DNA from: Phoronis australis
Lineage: Eukaryota; Animalia; Phoronida
Direction: 5' to 3'
DNA: 64,000 bases
Assembly: GCA_002633005.1 (NCBI GenBank)
Contig: NMRA01000557.1
Coordinates: 205,679 to 269,678, forward strand
Shown here: positions 39,530 through 51,230 of the stretch, piece after piece
Numbering within the stretch: the stretch's first letter is position 1
Layout: every line of letters begins with the position of its first letter
Made by a program: the position numbers and the translations under genes
The notes under the pieces: generated by a model
Database searches by the model: none
Seen by the model: the letters and a program-made list of their open reading frames with translations, nothing else
What the model was told of the DNA's origin: nothing

Positions 39530-40862
39530 TGCTGCTAGCCCACCCCTAAATCTGCCTATCGTGGGCAGATTTCCAAAGAACTCCTTCCCGTAAACTCGAC
39601 TTGCCACGATGCAGAGTCTAGATCAAAAACAGTTATTGGGGTTTGTAAACGTTACCAAATGAAAGAATAGCCTCACTGGCTATGAATCTTACATAGCCTA
39701 TGTCATTCGACAGACATTGCCATATTGCCAACTAGTAACTGGTCTTGCCTTGCAAATACCTACAATGTCTTACTTCAATATTACCAAATTGGACAGTGGT
39801 GCAGTTGATTTGGTGTAGAAATGTGTTTTAAAAAGTTTTAAAAGTACACACCTGTCTACTATTTTTCTATTATTTATTTTATTCTTACACGCTTTATTAA
39901 TACAAGTAACATGTACAGGTATGACAGTGCCACAATAAAAACATTCACACACTTACGAAACACCCGCCCACACTCCTATCTATCTTTAGCACGTTGGGTG
40001 ATGTCTAAGGAAATTTGTTATTAGTCAGTTTTTCCAGGATCCCTGATATTCATCTAACTTAGCATTTTTACTCAAATGCTTCGTTACAAGTGCCATTCTG
40101 TGAATAATATTTTAAGTAATTAATTACACTTAGGCACGTAGCCTATATGAAATATTTTATTATTGTGACAAAATCCAGTTGAAAACTTGTATCTGATTTA
40201 GTTGTTCAACCAAAAAACATTGTTTTTGTGTCTATAACTACACCCAATTGCACAATTCTACTATCAATAAATGTACCTTTCTATTTTCACATTAAAACAT
40301 GACTTTTTGTTTAGCTTTGTGACTGAGAGAAAGTACACCGAATTTATCTATTCTACTCTGACCGAAGACGGTGGTTACATCTGACGCCAGTTCAAACCGC
40401 TCCACTTTACCGGCTAAGCTCACATCCATTAGCCTACATGTATTGGTAATAACTGGAAAAAGTCATTGACCTAATCACGAATGCGATTTTCATATTTCAG
40501 ATAACCCGCCGTGGCTTGGCTCACCGTACTCTTACGAATACCCGTACTCTTTCGAGAATTCTGACTAAACCATGAGCCGAAATCACCTTGGCGCTTTACT
40601 GCTTGAGGTTTGAAAATTTACGAAGCTGCTGGCTTTCTGTCAAACACTTTGTACCATTGACTTCAAACGAAACATATTCACAAGGAAAGAACATCTATTT
40701 AAATATCGTTGTGTTAACGAGTTTGTGCAGCATAGATTATAGACAACATTTTCGCAACTCAGACATTTTCTTCCGTACTATCCAGACGACGCACTTACCG
40801 GAAATAACACCAGGTAATAGCGGAGTTGCAACGCCGCCATATTGGAAATGGGTCAGAATGTT

Positions 40863-41262
40863 GCATTGGGGTTAAGCCGGTAAAGAAGTACGTCGGCAAG
40901 CGTGGGGGCAAACCGGCCACAGGGAGCTTATACAGCACACATCACGAATTTTTGGCCTACCGGTCGGAAATTGGTCGACGACCGGCCGTCGACCGGTCGT
41001 CAAGCCGACCAGCAGCCGACCAACAACGGTCGGCTAGGAGCCGTCTACTGAGTCGCCTCTGTGGTCGGCACTTGGGTCGGCTAAGTGGTCGCCTAGCGTA
41101 GACGACCAATTCGGATTAAGCGTGTCCTTGGTCGGCAATTACCATTTTATGACTTAACGGGTGAACTTTGGCCAAACAGACATTTAACTGTTCGCTGTTC
41201 GTTCACCACTGGCAACTCAGGTCTTGACATCGGTTTATCAACTTTTGTTCAACTATTGAAAG
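40863..41262 (-). mobile_element. Truncated third copy of the TIR element end plus ~70 bp of shared flank
   Basis: 40933-41262 matches 31619 to about 31930 and the reverse complement of the copy-1 right end; 40863-40932 is the reverse complement of 29153-29222. Confidence 0.88.
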
Positions 41263-42352
41263 AAAATACATGTAGGGACATTGGATTACAGAACTTGAGC
41301 TGTTCTCACGAACAAATAAACAGTTGAATTACTTTTTGATAAGAGCCTCTAGTATGCACTTCGCGTTAGAGTTACAGAAACCTCATTTTAACAACTTCAA
41401 AATGAGCTTTAAAAACATGATATTTAGATTTTTGAAACTTTAAAAAGGAATTTGAGTTATTTTTGTATTGCCATTTTTGCCACTACACCAGACTTGTCAT
41501 TTTTTGTAACCATACCACTGTTTAATGATTATGCTACGTTTAAAAGTAACTGCAAGCTACCTTTAAGCCGTGAAACAACAAAAAGCGAAGTTCGTCAGAA
41601 GGTAAGCCGAACTTAAACGTCTTAATGATGCAATTACGTGCACTAATTTGACTTGGACACAGCCCTGGACCTACAAGAGCTAACTGCTTCACTTGGACAA
41701 GATGAGTGTGTCCTTGAACTTTAAACCTGAGTTTTTTAATCGAAACATTTCTTTCGAAGATTAGAAAAGCGTAAACAGCGCTATCGACTCGACCTACTTT
41801 GCTCGGGGAGTCCCACCAGTTGGGACCTACATTTCATTTGGCGGATTTTAGCGGACGACAGAATAATTATATCGGTGTATTTTCACTGATTTTGTTCGAA
41901 ATATCCTCACACCTATGCATGATACATATTGTTCGACTTCAAGGTATACAGTACAGCCACTGAATTATTAGAGTCTCTCCGTTGTCTCTCCGGTCTAGCC
42001 ACCCGTGACCGTAACCGGAGACAGACGGGAGAGTGAGGAGTGAATCAACCGTGACAGCTGGCTTGAGCCTAAGCGTGACTGTATCCGGAGCTTACCGTGA
42101 GTTAGGCGTGAACGAAGCGCGAGCCAGCCGTGAGCCAGCTAGGCGTGAGTTTACCTGGTTCGCAGATGAAAAAAGTAATTTATTAAAATTATATAAGTAA
42201 CTAGCTGTGATGTGTGTATTCTCATAGACTTTTGCTCATGTGAGGTTTAATTTTTTTGAAATCGTCACGTGCACTAAAAGACCAAAATTTCCGTCTTAAA
42301 TCTTAAGTCACTTCAGGAAACAGACCTGTGGACTTTACTTTTCACTCATATT

Positions 42353-42356
<4 letters not shown>

Positions 42357-42413
<57 letters not shown>
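42357..42413. repeat. (TA)n microsatellite
   Basis: Directly visible. Confidence 0.97.
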
Positions 42414-42416
<3 letters not shown>

Positions 42417-43115
42417 ATTTGTTCTTTATATAAACTAATAAAGAATCTTAACACGCGTGTACATGGCGGAATTATTCAATTACCTTCACGATATGAAGGA
42501 GCATAGCATGTCAATTCTGAGCACATTGATTCCGAGTTCGGTATCATGCGGAGAAAACTGATCTCACCCATGCATTTGACGAGTCAAACAGATGACCGTT
42601 ATTATTATTTTAGTGAAGAATTACCCCGGGGATACCATGTACTCAGTCGAAACGCAATTACTACGGGAAGGGGGCTACAAATAATTGAACTGAACTATGG
42701 ATTGAGGACTTTTAAGTCAAAACATTTGCTTGCAGTAAAGGATGGGTATGTCAGAAGGGCGGCCTATTGAAATTTTCTGTACGCCAGTACGGTGCAAAAA
42801 TTTACAGAGTGACACAATACTTCACAAGATGCGTAAGCTATTTTTATGGCGAATAACTATATCCACCTGTGACAAGTTTCAAGGAGTCCACAGCCATGCC
42901 ATGTAAAGATGATTCTGGACACAGAGTCGCATTCATTCGTATTTACTAACCGTGGTTACTGTACATGTATGTCGTTGATGGGACTGGCTCTTAAGTCGTA
43001 AATTGAACATGTACATGTAAGTGTAACACAAGACGAGCTGAAGGAACACGTTTGTATGAACAACACGTGGAATTACAGACTTAGTCGGAACCCAAGTGTG
43101 ATACATGACTGCTTG

Positions 43116-43149
43116 CAAAGATACTCTATAATATACTATAATGTCTTTG
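43116..43149. mobile_element. P-element-type excision footprint (34 bp, two fused termini)
   Basis: CAAAGATACTCTATAAT-ATACTATAATGTCTTTG; both halves resemble the termini of the P element at 54272/57434; flanks ctgcttg/caacttg are a degenerate 7-bp TSD. Confidence 0.7.
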
Positions 43150-43348
43150 CAACTTGACCGAAAAGACAGGCAATCAAGACGTTACATGAATTCACTGGTT
43201 AGCCCGGTGCCCGACCATGGTTACGACAGCTACCAAAGGCGTGACGAAAGCGAGTAGGCGTGAGGCGAACGTGACTGATTTCTGTCACGCCTGCTTTCCA
43301 GTTGCGCTCCGGTCTGGCCAGGCGTGAGGTAGTGGCTGTACTTTATAC

Positions 43349-43630
43349 CCAGCTTTGCATGAGCATATCGCATCACTAGCCTTGTCATTTGTCTGGTGAA
43401 GGTGAACCCCGTGTGGTGTTAGTTCTTAGGATTTTCGCAAGCTCCGAAATACTTTCATATAACACTTATTTTTTCATCGTCACCTTTGCAAGTTCCCACG
43501 TCATAATCATAGGATTCTTGCCAAAAAGCATCGCCTGTTGTCTTTGTCGAAGAGTTTTCGTTTAGTGCAAAAAACACGGATCGATTCCACCACGAACGTC
43601 GTTTGGCGACAGTGTATTTGCCTCCGACAT
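43349..43630 (-). pseudogene. SWIM zinc-finger exon of a second SWIM/YqaJ-type transposon gene (decayed)
   Basis: ...GDAFWQESYDYDV...KVFRSLRKS*ELTPHGVHL...ASDAICSCKAG|gt, the typical SWIM N-half ending at a donor. Confidence 0.6.
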
Positions 43631-43769
43631 CTTGTTTGTTTTTCGGGTGTCACATGACTTTTCGCAATAGGGCGGAGCTTGCGATAGGTGAAATTGACAC
43701 GTTCACGTACTCTCTCTCTCTAGGTTTAAGAGAACAGTTCATTGGTAGCTGTTCCTAATTCCAACACAG

Positions 43770-44450
43770 CAACCTAGATGTATGGAGGCGGTCGTCAAAA
43801 TACAGGCTGTGTATCGAGCTCCGTTATACCCCGAAATTTCACACAGGCAGCCAGGGTAGTTCTGCTTGTCACCTCGCCGTGAAACTTATAACGACATATA
43901 CATGTAAAGCTAACAACCGGAGCGGGGTGCATGCACAATCTGAGAATCAACCGACACTCACCTTGCCCATTGCAGCCGTCTTGAAGAGAAAAACAATTTA
44001 ATAAGCATCATTTTCTTGCAGTATTCTCCGCTCTCATCAATGAAAAATCTTTCTCAAAGTAGTGCGCCCGTGACACGCGTGCGCACCATTTCTTGAAATT
44101 TTGCGGCAACGCAGCAGCAATTCTTTTCTGAAATTTGGTTTGCTGGTACAAAAATTATAAGAACTTGCAACGAAATGAAACCAGGTCCAATAATTTGTTG
44201 TCACATGTACGCAACCTCGTGGAAAAGAAGTACAGTTGATTGAAGTACCGGGAAAAAGAATCTGACCAATAGGTGACGCAGTACTTCATGCCTTTGAAAG
44301 CCGAAACAAAACACCACACCACAAGTTTAGCAGCCGATTAATGGTAGAACGCCTCCAAGACCCGTAAATAATTTAGTTTACTCAAGGAAGAGTGTAGTTT
44401 TTAATGGATTAATTTTGAGTGAGATTTTGTTTGGTCAGTTTTTTTACCCA
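43770..44450 (-). pseudogene. Diverged copy of the unknown decayed ORF carried inside the 5-kb TIR elements
   Basis: Collinear with about 32510-33175 (same strand) and about 27600-28265 (opposite strand); shared peptides SAAK..V.....MKYCVT, RGCV.V.TN...WFHF, PNFR, ACTP, RRGDK.NY.GC.KFRG. Confidence 0.55.
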
Positions 44451-45339
44451 GCGGGAAGCTGTATATTGAGTACACACCTCTACACTAAAGCCAACTATTT
44501 GCGTGACAACGATACACATGTACGCACTCACATTCTGGCACTTCAGAATATGTTCTTACAACACTTTCTGTCGACGGAGGGGGTTGTGGGTCGTGTAGGA
44601 TGTGGGTCGAGAGACTCATGGGTTGAGGGGTTCGTAGGGTGTGAGGATCAGGGGGGGATTGACAACAATCCGGCTGAGACTCGGGTTTGCTCATACACGT
44701 ACATGTAAATTGCGCCGCACTGCCGCTACACTCAGTGCATGCACCCACGGAGTCGTCTGGGAGGGCCGCATGTCTCAATAACCTGCCTGGTGATTGACGT
44801 TAATCTGTTACAAGCTACTTGATTTGTCGGCATTGCATTTATTTAGCATATCTGTAAGGCTGCTTTTTAATATGGCCTAGTTTAGTCTAGCAGCAGTGCT
44901 GTTCCTGTAGTTAGAGGATATGCATATACTGTATGGCAAGAGGTACCGGTATGTATCGGCCTAGATAAACGTCCGAAGTCCAGTGCATCTTCTCGAGCAC
45001 AGAATTTTTAACGTAACTCACACAATGTGGGATTTACATCTATTATCCTGAGACCCCAATATGTAGATTTTTATGATTACCTTCAAGTCTCCCTTAACAC
45101 CTTTCTCCTATATCTAGAATTCCTTCAAGCTTTAGTGTTCCGCGTTCACACGACCCTTTTTCTGTTATTGGTTGCCTGTGTTTGCTTTTAATTTCATTAG
45201 ATTCCATCCAAGAGTGTTCTGTGTTATGCGTTTCTATTTAAGTCATAGTTTGTATTGTGTCATACGACGCCTTGCTTGCATTTTGGAAGAACTTCTTTAT
45301 TCCATAACATTGTATTTATTTTTAACTACCACGTCTGAT

Positions 45340-45364
45340 CATAGATTATAAATTATAGTCTATG
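45340..45364. mobile_element. P-type mini-element / excision footprint (25 bp) with perfect 7-bp TSD
   Basis: GTCTGAT|CATAGATTATAAATTATAGTCTATG|GTCTGAT: CATAGA..TCTATG termini flanked by a 7-bp direct repeat. Confidence 0.8.
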
Positions 45365-45935
45365 GTCTGATAAACAAATCAACCAAATTTGCTTTCGGCG
45401 TACCAAACTTTACCTCAAACTAGCTTCGAAATCACACCATACGTGTATACAATTGTGAGCGAAAAATTACAAATACACTTCAAGATACAATGTACAGTGT
45501 ATTCCTCATCAAGATTTTACACTGATCTTAAAATACGATCTAAAAAAGTCTAAAAGTTTAATAAACCCACCTATCGTGCATGTTTTACTTCCTAGTGTAT
45601 AATAGCGTTCCTTGAACTAGAGCATGCATGTTTGTTTTAGGAAGCACATGTTTGAATAAATTATAAAAAGCGGATGTACAGTGCATAAAATGTGCATGCT
45701 TAGTTTTACCACGTATTGCTCTTAGAAACAAATCACACAAAACGCATTTTGTTAATGGTTGTAAACCACTACAAACTGCTTTTATCGATACATTTAGCGT
45801 TCAAGTTAGTATACAGTATTCAAACCTAGATTGCTTATACATTTCTCCGCAGAGAACTGGAAGTTGGCGAGTGGCTTGTGTTCGGATCAGAAAATCGTTT
45901 GCCACGAGTGACTAGAAGTTTGCTCTGTTCTGGAA

Positions 45936-46675
45936 ACCATTTCCGTTATAGTGTACTCAGGAGCCGGAACTTTAACCAACGACCTTTGAACTGGATTTTG
46001 TGTTTTCGTGTTTTCAATATCTTAACTGAGGAATACTCTGCGCTTTTGAGTTCACGTGACGTTTTTTATTTTTAAGCGACGCAAGGTTACGCATTTAGAA
46101 ACTAGCTCCTGTTGTTTCTATCAGAAATTAAGACAGCCCCGAAGATACATGTATTGATATGCTATTTTCTTTTATCAAACCTAAGCCAGTCCGATGTTTG
46201 ACTCTCAGGCTCAATTTTCAATTCGTATATGCCCGCCATGGACACATTTCAATTCAGTCTAGCTCAGAATTGTTACGGTTGTGGCATGCATGTGTCATTT
46301 GCGAAANACCCTTTCGTTGCAGTGTACTCACGAGCCGCGACTACAACCAACGACCTTTGAACTGGATTTTGTGTTTTCGTGTTTTCACTATCTTAACTGA
46401 GGAATACTGTGCGCTTTTGAGTTCACGTGCTTTTTTATTTTTAAGCGACGCAAGGTTACGCATTTAGAAACTAGCTCCTGTTGTTTCTATCAGAAATTAA
46501 GACAGCCCCGAAGATACATGTATTGATATGCTATTTTCTTTTATCAAACCTAAGCCAGTCCGATGTTTGACTCTCAGGCTCAATTTTCAATTCGTATATG
46601 CCCGCCATGGACACATTTCAATTCAGTCTAGCTCAGAATTGTTACGGTTGTGGCATGCATGTGTCATTTGCGAAA
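45936..46675. repeat. ~370-bp direct duplication on either side of an N (likely assembly/haplotype overlap)
   Basis: 45936-46306 and 46308-46675 are separated by a single N at 46307; differences are concentrated in the 5' part. Confidence 0.85.
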
Positions 46676-46911
46676 GAATACTAGTGTTAGCTGGTAAATC
46701 ACCTCCTAGAGAGAAGCATTTGAAGGTGCTGTGGTTTTTGATCCCGGCATCGTTTCAAAAAATTTCAATAAAAACCACAAAAACGTTGATTGTCGTTTCA
46801 GTGCAACGGCAAACATATACAATCCGTCTCAATCTGAAAAGTAGGTCCTCAAAAACCTTCCCTTCAGCTACACCTACATGTATGGATTCTACACCGTTTC
46901 GATTGAACCTC

Positions 46912-47330
46912 TCCATTGCTACGGTGGACAGTCTTCGAGTGTGCATCGCGTACCATGACTGTGCTCACCATACACTGGCTTAACAGCAACGAAACAAGCC
47001 GAAATCTTCGGCCAACGGGGTCGTATTTCTGCGGTGCCAATTTAGCGTTGCTGTCAACGCTTGCCAGCTTTTATGCCAATAATTACATGTATAGAGAGCA
47101 CAAAACGTAAACTTTGATGTATTGCGTCTTCATGTACGCGCGCCTACTCCCCAATATACCAAGACTTACGGTACACATACATGTACGCATAGACGCTGCA
47201 ATAAAAATTGAAAAGCTGAAGTATGATTGTCTACGTTAGTCTACAACTCTCACAGCACTACCTAACTGCTACTTTCCAAAGCATGTAGTCCAGATCATCA
47301 ACAACGGATGTTTCTCAATAAATATGTAGA
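46912..47330 (+). repeat. Old dispersed repeat, diverged copy 2 (copy 1 at about 9518-9933)
   Basis: Same collinear blocks as at 9.5-9.9 kb. Confidence 0.72.
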
Positions 47331-47999
47331 CATTGTTTATATCTTGGTAGAAAATGAATCTAGAGGACTTTGCCCAGTTATTAATGGTCAAAGTATTTAA
47401 AATCTTCCGCCTTAAAAGTAAATACAACTGAAATGCATGTCGTTCTATTGCTTTTCGTCCACATTTCGAAACTGTTTCGGTAGCCATCACGTGATCACAC
47501 TACTGTAAATAGTTTCTGGTTGATAGTGCCTATTAGATTTTCCAGTATAGGCTTGAACACTGTTGTGAAGGAATTCTAGCATTTTTATCTCAGTGATTAT
47601 TGTCCTAATTTTATTGTGATGGACACCATAAAAAACAACAAAAGGCGTGGGCTCAGATACGCTCCGTATACAAACTCCACTAAATGAGCAATCGACACCT
47701 AACTTCAAAGATAAACTCAGTCAACAAATTTGATTAGGAGAAGACATCCAATTTGAAAACCTTGACTCAATGCACGCAAAGAGTTCTTTGATCTCGCGCA
47801 CCTATAAACTTTATCCAGTTTTCCGTTATGAAAGTAGAGACTGCATCATGCGGATCGTGGACTTCATCTCAGCGTGGGTTTGGATGGCTCGTGTTACATG
47901 TACATGTTAATGTTTCCATACATGTCAGAATGTTTAGTTGTACCCAACTAATCCCAACTTATCTCAACTTATCCTGTCATCACAACTGATGCAAGCCTG

Positions 48000-50705
48000 T
48001 TGCTGACATCATGTTTGTTATCAATCTGCCCCTGCAGGTGGCGCAGCGATTAGTGGGAATAGTTGAATTAGTTGAAATGCGTGATTGGTGTCTCTAACAT
48101 TGAGCTTGTGGATGACATCATGTAAGTTAGCCTCCTGTCCACAGGTGATGCACTCATTAGTAGGAATCGCTGAATTAATTGAATCCAAGTAATCCCAAGT
48201 CAGCTCAACCTATCCAGCACTGAGCTATTCAACTAATTCAACTAATTCAACCAATTGTAGCGCCATCTAAAGTAAAACTGGCAATGTGAGACAGAAAGAC
48301 CCGAGTAACTGACTTGCCTGCAGGTGGCGCAACAATTAGTGGGAATAGTTGAATTAGTTGAAATGCATGTTCTGTTCTTGTCAAGTTGATAGCCTTTTGC
48401 TGATGTCATGATTGTTAGCAGTCTGTTCCTGTAGGTGGCGCAGCGATTAGTGGGAATAGTTGAGTTAGTTGAAATGCGTGTTCTGTGTCTGTCAAGTTGT
48501 GAGCCTGGTGAGCCTTTTGCCAGCGCCATGTGCTTTATCTGTCTGCCTGCAGGTGGCATAGCGATTAGTGGGAATAGTTGAATTAGTTGAAATGTGGGTT
48601 CTGCGTTTCTTAAGCTGTGACGCTGTAGCTGACATAATGATTGTTATCAGCCTATCCCTTCAGGTGGCGCAGCGATTAGTGGGAATAATTGAATAAGTTG
48701 AAATGCTTGTTCTGTGTCTCTCACTTTGTTAGCCTGGTGAGCCTTTTGCTGGCGTCATGTACATGTACTTTTTCAATCTGCCTGTAGGTGGCGTAGCGAT
48801 TAGTGGGAATAGTTGAATTAGTTGAAATGTGTGTTCTCTGTCTCTCAAGTTGTGGGCCTGTTGCTGACTTCATGTTTGATATCAGGTGTGCCTGCAGGTG
48901 GCGTAGCGATTAGTGGGAATAGTTGAATTAGTTGAAATGAGTGTTTGGAGTTTCTAAACTTGTGAGCCAGTTGATGATGTCATGTATGTTCTCTGTCCCT
49001 GCAGGTGGCGCAGCGATTAGTGGGAATAGTTGAATTACTTGGAACGCCTCTTCTGTGCCTCTTAAGTTGTGAGCCTTTTGCTACTGTCATGATTGTTATC
49101 AGTCTTTTCCTGTAGGTGGCACAGCGATTAGTGGGAATAGTTGAATTAGTTGAAATGCTTGTGCGGAGTCTCTAAAATGGTGACCCCATTGATTATGTCA
49201 TTAAGTTTATCTACCTGCTCTACTTGATCTACCTAAGTTTATCTACCCGTTATTTAGTGGGGCATCCCCGTAGGTGGCGTTATATTTCTGCCTTCAGGTG
49301 GCATATTGATTAATGGAATAGTTGAATTAATTGAAATGCGTGTTTGGAGTCTCTAAAATCATGATCCTGATGATGACATCATGTAAAATCTAAAGTATAA
49401 CTGGCAATGTGAGACAGAAAGACCCGAGTAACTGACTTGCCTGCAGGTGGCGCAACAATTAGTGGGAATAGTTGAATTAGTTGAAATGCATGCTCTGTTC
49501 TTGTCAAGTTGAGAGCCTTTTGCTGATGTCATGATTGTTATCAGTCTGTTCCTGTAGGTGGCGCAGCGATTAGTGGGAATAGTTGAATTAGTTGAAATGC
49601 GTGTTCTGTGTCTGTCAAGTTGTGAGCCTGGTGAGCCTTTTGCCAGCGCCATGTGCTTTATCTCTCTGCCTGCAGGTGGCATAGCGATTAGTGGGAATAG
49701 TTGAATTAGTTGAAATGTGGGTTCTGCGTTTCTCAAGCTGTGAGCCTGTAGCTGACAAAATGTTTGTTATCAGCCTATCCCTGCAGGTGGCGCAGCGATT
49801 AGTGGGAATAGTTGAATAAGTTGAAATGCTTGTTTTGTGTCTCTCACTTTGTTAGCCTGCATAGTGAGCCTTTTGCTGGCGTCATGTACTTTTTCAATCT
49901 GCCTGTAGGTGGCGTAGCGATTAGTGGGAATAGTTGAATTCGTTGAAATGCGTGTTTGGAGTTTCTAATCTTGTGAGCCAGTTGATGATGTCATGTACGT
50001 TCTCTGTCCCTGCAGGTGGCACAGCGATTAGTGGGAATAGTTGAATTAGTTGAAATGCGTGTGCGGAGTCTCTATGAAAATGGTGACCCCATTGATTATC
50101 TCATGAACTTTATCTACCTGCTCTACTTAATTTACCTAATTTTATCTACCCGTTATTTAGTGGGACATCCCCGTAGGTGGCGTTATATGTCTGCCTTCAG
50201 GTGGTGTATTGATTAATGGAATAGTTGAATTAGTTGAAATGCGTGTTTGGAGTCTCTAAAATCGTGATCCTGATGATAACATCATGTACGTTATCTACCT
50301 GCCCACAGGAGTAATTGAGTTAGTTGAAATGCGTTTTCTACTTGATCTACTGACCTAACCGTGTTTCTCAAGTTGTGACTCGGTTGCTGACGTCATATAA
50401 ATTACATACCAGCCCCCAGATGGCACGTATAGTACGTATAGTTGAATTTTTTGAAATGCGTTTGTTGTGTCTCTAAAGTTGAGAACCTCTATCTGACGTC
50501 TTTATCTGTATGTGGGGTAGAGGTAGCTTGAAATATATGAATTTGCTGAAAACTTAACACGGGCATCTTAAATATCATTTACCTGTTCATGAAGTCACCA
50601 TTTCATCTTTCTTTGCATTAACATACTTTAGCGCCTCCTATATCCAGTATTTATATGAGTAAGTGAAAATGTAACATAGGGGGCGCTGCAATTAGTTGAA
50701 CTACA
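48000..50705 (+). repeat. ~110-bp-period tandem array with conserved ~50-bp core CCTGCAGGTGGCGCAGCGATTAGTGGGAATAGTTGAATTAGTTGAAATGC and a higher-order ~1.1-kb duplication
   Basis: About 17 well-preserved cores (near 48030, 48317, 48428, 48546, 48657, 48781, 48891, 48998, 49109, 49291, 49440, 49551, 49669, 49780, 49902, 50009, 50194) plus degenerate ones; 48267-49387 is repeated with deletions at 49389-50285. Confidence 0.95.
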
Positions 50706-51064
50706 GCTTCCAATTAATCGATTAGTAGGTCCCAACCAAAGATTCTGACATGACTCAATGTTTCCTGGCTTAACCGAAATATTGCTTCTTCATATATTTT
50801 GTACTAATGTAGGGTGAATTTGCCTTTATTATTGTAAACAAATATCCATAGTTCGTTTTTCAGGCACCAATATAGTAAAGTTACAACTTGTTCCTAGACT
50901 TAAATCCGAGACTTCCAGTATACTGTCCGGAAACACATGGCTCTCAAACGATAATATTTAGCTTCTACCAGTATAACTGACAAGGATTGAGACGGATTAT
51001 TTTGAGGACAGGCTCACGTAATCTAGCTGTAGGACGATGACTCATGTTTGGCACACACTGTGAC

Positions 51065-51230
51065 AGTGCTTTCCCACTAGACTGAGGTGAAACATTTCTT
51101 TTAGCGAAATTTCGGCAAGTGAGAAAGGTAAACTCCGACAGTTAAACTACAAGCAACAAGTCACTGAAAGTGGCGGGATTTAAAAGCAAAGTTTCGGTAC
51201 CCACTGAAACTGCAGTGTAGTGGGAAAGGT
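51065..51230. mobile_element. Short MITE-like element (possibly Harbinger-type)
   Basis: Inverted ends gctttcccacta ... tagtgggaaagg; a related left end gtgctgtcccactaga occurs at about 52052. Confidence 0.4.

Larger units (their letters stand above)
41954..43338. mobile_element. ~1.4-kb non-autonomous TIR element with (G)CGTGA subterminal repeats
   Basis: TA|CAGCCACT ... AGTGGCTG|TA; many GGCGTGA/CCGTGA motifs near both ends; contains a (TA)n tract. Confidence 0.7.

Noticed and set aside
45936-46983. Duplicated gene (ORFs 46159-46467 and 46528-46983)
   Set aside because: The duplication flanks an N (assembly/haplotype overlap), and the peptides have no recognisable motifs.
48242-49736. ORFs 48242-48559 and 49359-49736 as repeat proteins
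   Set aside because: They are by-products of the DNA array; unit lengths vary by non-multiples of three.
48000-50705. CRISPR array
   Set aside because: The linkers are homologous to each other and duplicated in a higher-order block rather than unique spacers; the core is ~50 bp and not palindromic; there are no cas genes; the context is eukaryotic.
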